From Euzebya sp. (GTDB lineage: Bacteria > Actinomycetota > Nitriliruptoria > Euzebyales > Euzebyaceae), in the NCBI RefSeq assembly GCF_964222135.1, contig NZ_CAXQBR010000030.1, positions 29,460-53,459 on the forward strand: a stretch of DNA of 24,000 nucleotides, in the 5' to 3' direction. Under the pieces are notes generated by a model. It had not been told where the DNA came from. It worked only from the letters and a program-made list of their open reading frames with translations, and did no database searches. A program made the translations under genes and the position numbers. Shown one piece after another: positions 22,621-24,000 of the stretch. The stretch's first letter is position 1. Each line of letters opens with the position of its first letter.

Positions 22621-23225
22621 CCACCGCGCCGGCGTTCGGACGGATCATCGGCGCCGACGACGTCGCCGACGCCGTCCTCGGCCAGCTGCAGGAGTGGATG
22701 ACCGCCTACCTGGCGGAGAAGGCCCGACAGGCCGGCCTGGACGCCGACACCCTCCCGCCGATCCGGTCGTGGGATGTCCTGCCGACCCGCACCCCCGGCG
22801 GGGAGCACGAGCCGCCAGCCTGTCTGGTCGTCCCCGAGGGGATCCGTGGTGTCGTCGACGACGGCACCGGCAAGCTGGCCGGCCAGTTCCAGGTGGCCGT
22901 GGTGCTGCTGGTCGAGTCGATCGAGTACCACCCCGCCGTGCGGCTGATCGGCCGGTACACCGCCGCCGCGGCCGCGCTGCTGGTCCAGCAGCGCCACTAC
23001 CCGGACCTGCCCGTCACGGCCGTCACGTTGCAGCGCGTCGACTGGTCGGTGCGGCGACGCAACCGCCACCAGGGCGAAGGGGTCGTCACCGTCGGCCTGC
23101 ACGTCCCCGGGATCGTCGACCCGATCGCCGGCCCCGCCGACGTCCCGGTCCCGCCGACCTCCACCCCGGCAGACCCGCCCATCGCGACCGACGTGCAGGT
23201 CGCCGTCGTCCACACGTTCGACTGA
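22617..23225 (+). CDS. Hypothetical neck/tail protein
   Basis: GTGA overlap with the upstream gene. 202 aa. Structural role inferred from position only. Confidence 0.5.
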   Translation: MTTAPAFGRIIGADDVADAVLGQLQEWMTAYLAEKARQAGLDADTLPPIRSWDVLPTRTPGGEHEPPACLVVPEGIRGVVDDGTGKLAGQFQVAVVLLVESIEYHPAVRLIGRYTAAAAALLVQQRHYPDLPVTAVTLQRVDWSVRRRNRHQGEGVVTVGLHVPGIVDPIAGPADVPVPPTSTPADPPIATDVQVAVVHTFD

Positions 23226-23239
23226 GGAGCACCCCCGTC

Positions 23240-23506
23240 ATGGAGTACCGCAACCCGGGCCGCGAGCCCGTCGACCTGGCGTCGGGACGGCTGGTCCGCC
23301 GCGGCGGCACCGTCACCCTCCCCCCGGAGGGCGAGAAGACCATCGCCGCGCACGACCAGGCGCACATCGACGCCGGCCGGCTCGTCGCCGTGAAGGCCCG
23401 GCCGCCCGCCGCCCCACCGCCGCCGGCGCCGAAGCCGCGCGGCGGGAAGTCCCGGACCGGCAGCGGCGACGCCGTGGCCGCCGACACGACGAGTGAGGAG
23501 AGCTGA
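23240..23506 (+). CDS. Small hypothetical protein preceding the sheath-like gene (possibly DUF2635-like)
   Basis: ATG 23240 with GAGGAG 9 nt upstream, in frame with track ORF 22694..23506. 88 aa. The N-terminal half loosely resembles the small Mu-like gp38 family. The tail is Pro-rich. Confidence 0.5.
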   Translation: MEYRNPGREPVDLASGRLVRRGGTVTLPPEGEKTIAAHDQAHIDAGRLVAVKARPPAAPPPPAPKPRGGKSRTGSGDAVAADTTSEES

Positions 23507-23508
23507 CC

Positions 23509-24000
23509 ATGACGACGCTCGTGACGCCCGGCGCCAACGTCCGGTGGGGCAACGCCCCCGCCCAGCCGGCAGAGTCCACCGCGATCGACACGACGTTCCT
23601 GCCGATCGTCGCCGAACGGGGCCCCGTCGACACCCCCGTCGCGCTGGTCGACATCGTCGGCTACCGCGACACGTTCGGTGACCGCGCCGTCGGGTTCGAG
23701 ATGTCCTACGACGTCGTCGAGGCCCTCACCCGCGGCACCCGCGGCCGCAGGGTCGTCGCCATCCGCGTCCCCGGCGGCCCCGCGCACGCGACCGCCGAGG
23801 TCACCCTCGACGACGGTGAGGGCGAGCCCGCCGCGGCGGTCACGATCACGGCCGCCTGGCCCGGCGCGGCCGGCAACCGGCTGACCGTCGACGTGGTCGC
23901 CGGCTCGTCCGCGGACCTGCGCACCCTCGTCGTCACCTCCGACGACGTCGAGGTGCAGCGGGTCATCGACTTCGACGGCGCCGGCGACCTCGTCGACCAG
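23509..24000 (+). CDS. Tail sheath-like protein, N-terminal part (runs off the right edge)
   Basis: ATG 23509 with GAGGAGAG upstream; the frame is open to 24000 and so absent from the track. My translation: MTTLVTPGANVRW...TAIDTTFLPIVAERGPVDTPVALVDIVGYRDTFGDRA...RVVAIRVPGG...AAWPGAAGNRLTVDVV. The T-x-F-x-g...rGP...v-x-S/D...F-G and PG-x-x-GN-x-L-x-V blocks are typical of sheath N-termini. A siphovirus major tail protein cannot be excluded. Confidence 0.45.
   Translation, partial: MTTLVTPGANVRWGNAPAQPAESTAIDTTFLPIVAERGPVDTPVALVDIVGYRDTFGDRAVGFEMSYDVVEALTRGTRGRRVVAIRVPGGPAHATAEVTLDDGEGEPAAAVTITAAWPGAAGNRLTVDVVAGSSADLRTLVVTSDDVEVQRVIDFDGAGDLVDQ

Larger units (their letters stand above)
1..24000. 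mobile_element. Temperate tailed-phage / prophage segment (actinobacterial type); both element ends lie outside the window
   Basis: Contiguous gene order: repressor/Cro switch, replication, HNH-TerS-TerL-portal-protease-decoration-capsid-neck-tail. The WhiB-like gene and very high GC at third codon positions point to an actinobacterial host. Confidence 0.9.

Noticed and set aside
22694-23239. First 182 codons of track ORF 22694..23506. The Pro/Arg-rich ORF 10230..11102 is rejected on the same grounds.
   Set aside because: These are alternative-frame read-through of real genes with extreme Arg/Pro content. Only the final 88 codons of 22694..23506 (from ATG 23240, which has an RBS) are non-overlapping and plausible.
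1-24000. I looked for integrase, transposase, tRNA/attachment sites, a lysis cassette and toxin-antitoxin pairs.
   Set aside because: None is recognisable in the window. The integration and lysis modules presumably lie beyond the left and right edges.

Overview
This window is a high-GC segment (about 70% G+C by eye) of a temperate tailed phage or prophage of actinobacterial type. Nearly all genes are on the + strand and tightly packed, with many ATGA/GTGA/TGATG stop-start overlaps. From left to right: a partial minus-strand gene and a minus-strand XRE-type repressor; a ~170-bp switch region carrying repeats; then a Cro-like HTH gene and an Xis-like HTH gene. Early genes follow: DUF2303/YfdQ-like, several unknowns, a WhiB-HTH fusion, ASCH, an MmcB-like PD-(D/E)XK nuclease and RusA. 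Next is a replication module (an organizer gene with an internal iteron-like repeat nest, then a DnaB-type helicase), followed by an SNF2 helicase and a beta-class SPPF DNA methyltransferase. The late region has an HNH endonuclease, a compositionally foreign membrane-anchored gene, TerS, TerL, portal, a ClpP-type protease with a probable nested scaffold, a DUF2190 decoration protein, the major capsid protein, neck and morphogenesis proteins, and the start of a sheath-like tail gene. I saw no rRNA, tRNA, CRISPR array, integrase or transposase. I did not find a clearly novel multi-gene system. The most unusual signal is a perfect 45-bp inverted repeat that gives the repressor and the Cro-like gene an identical HTH recognition segment and brackets the whole switch. 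Other points worth a second look are the operator and origin repeat architectures, the foreign membrane gene between HNH and TerS, and the orphan SNF2 + N4C-type methyltransferase pair. All functional calls come from motif recognition by eye; no database search was possible.
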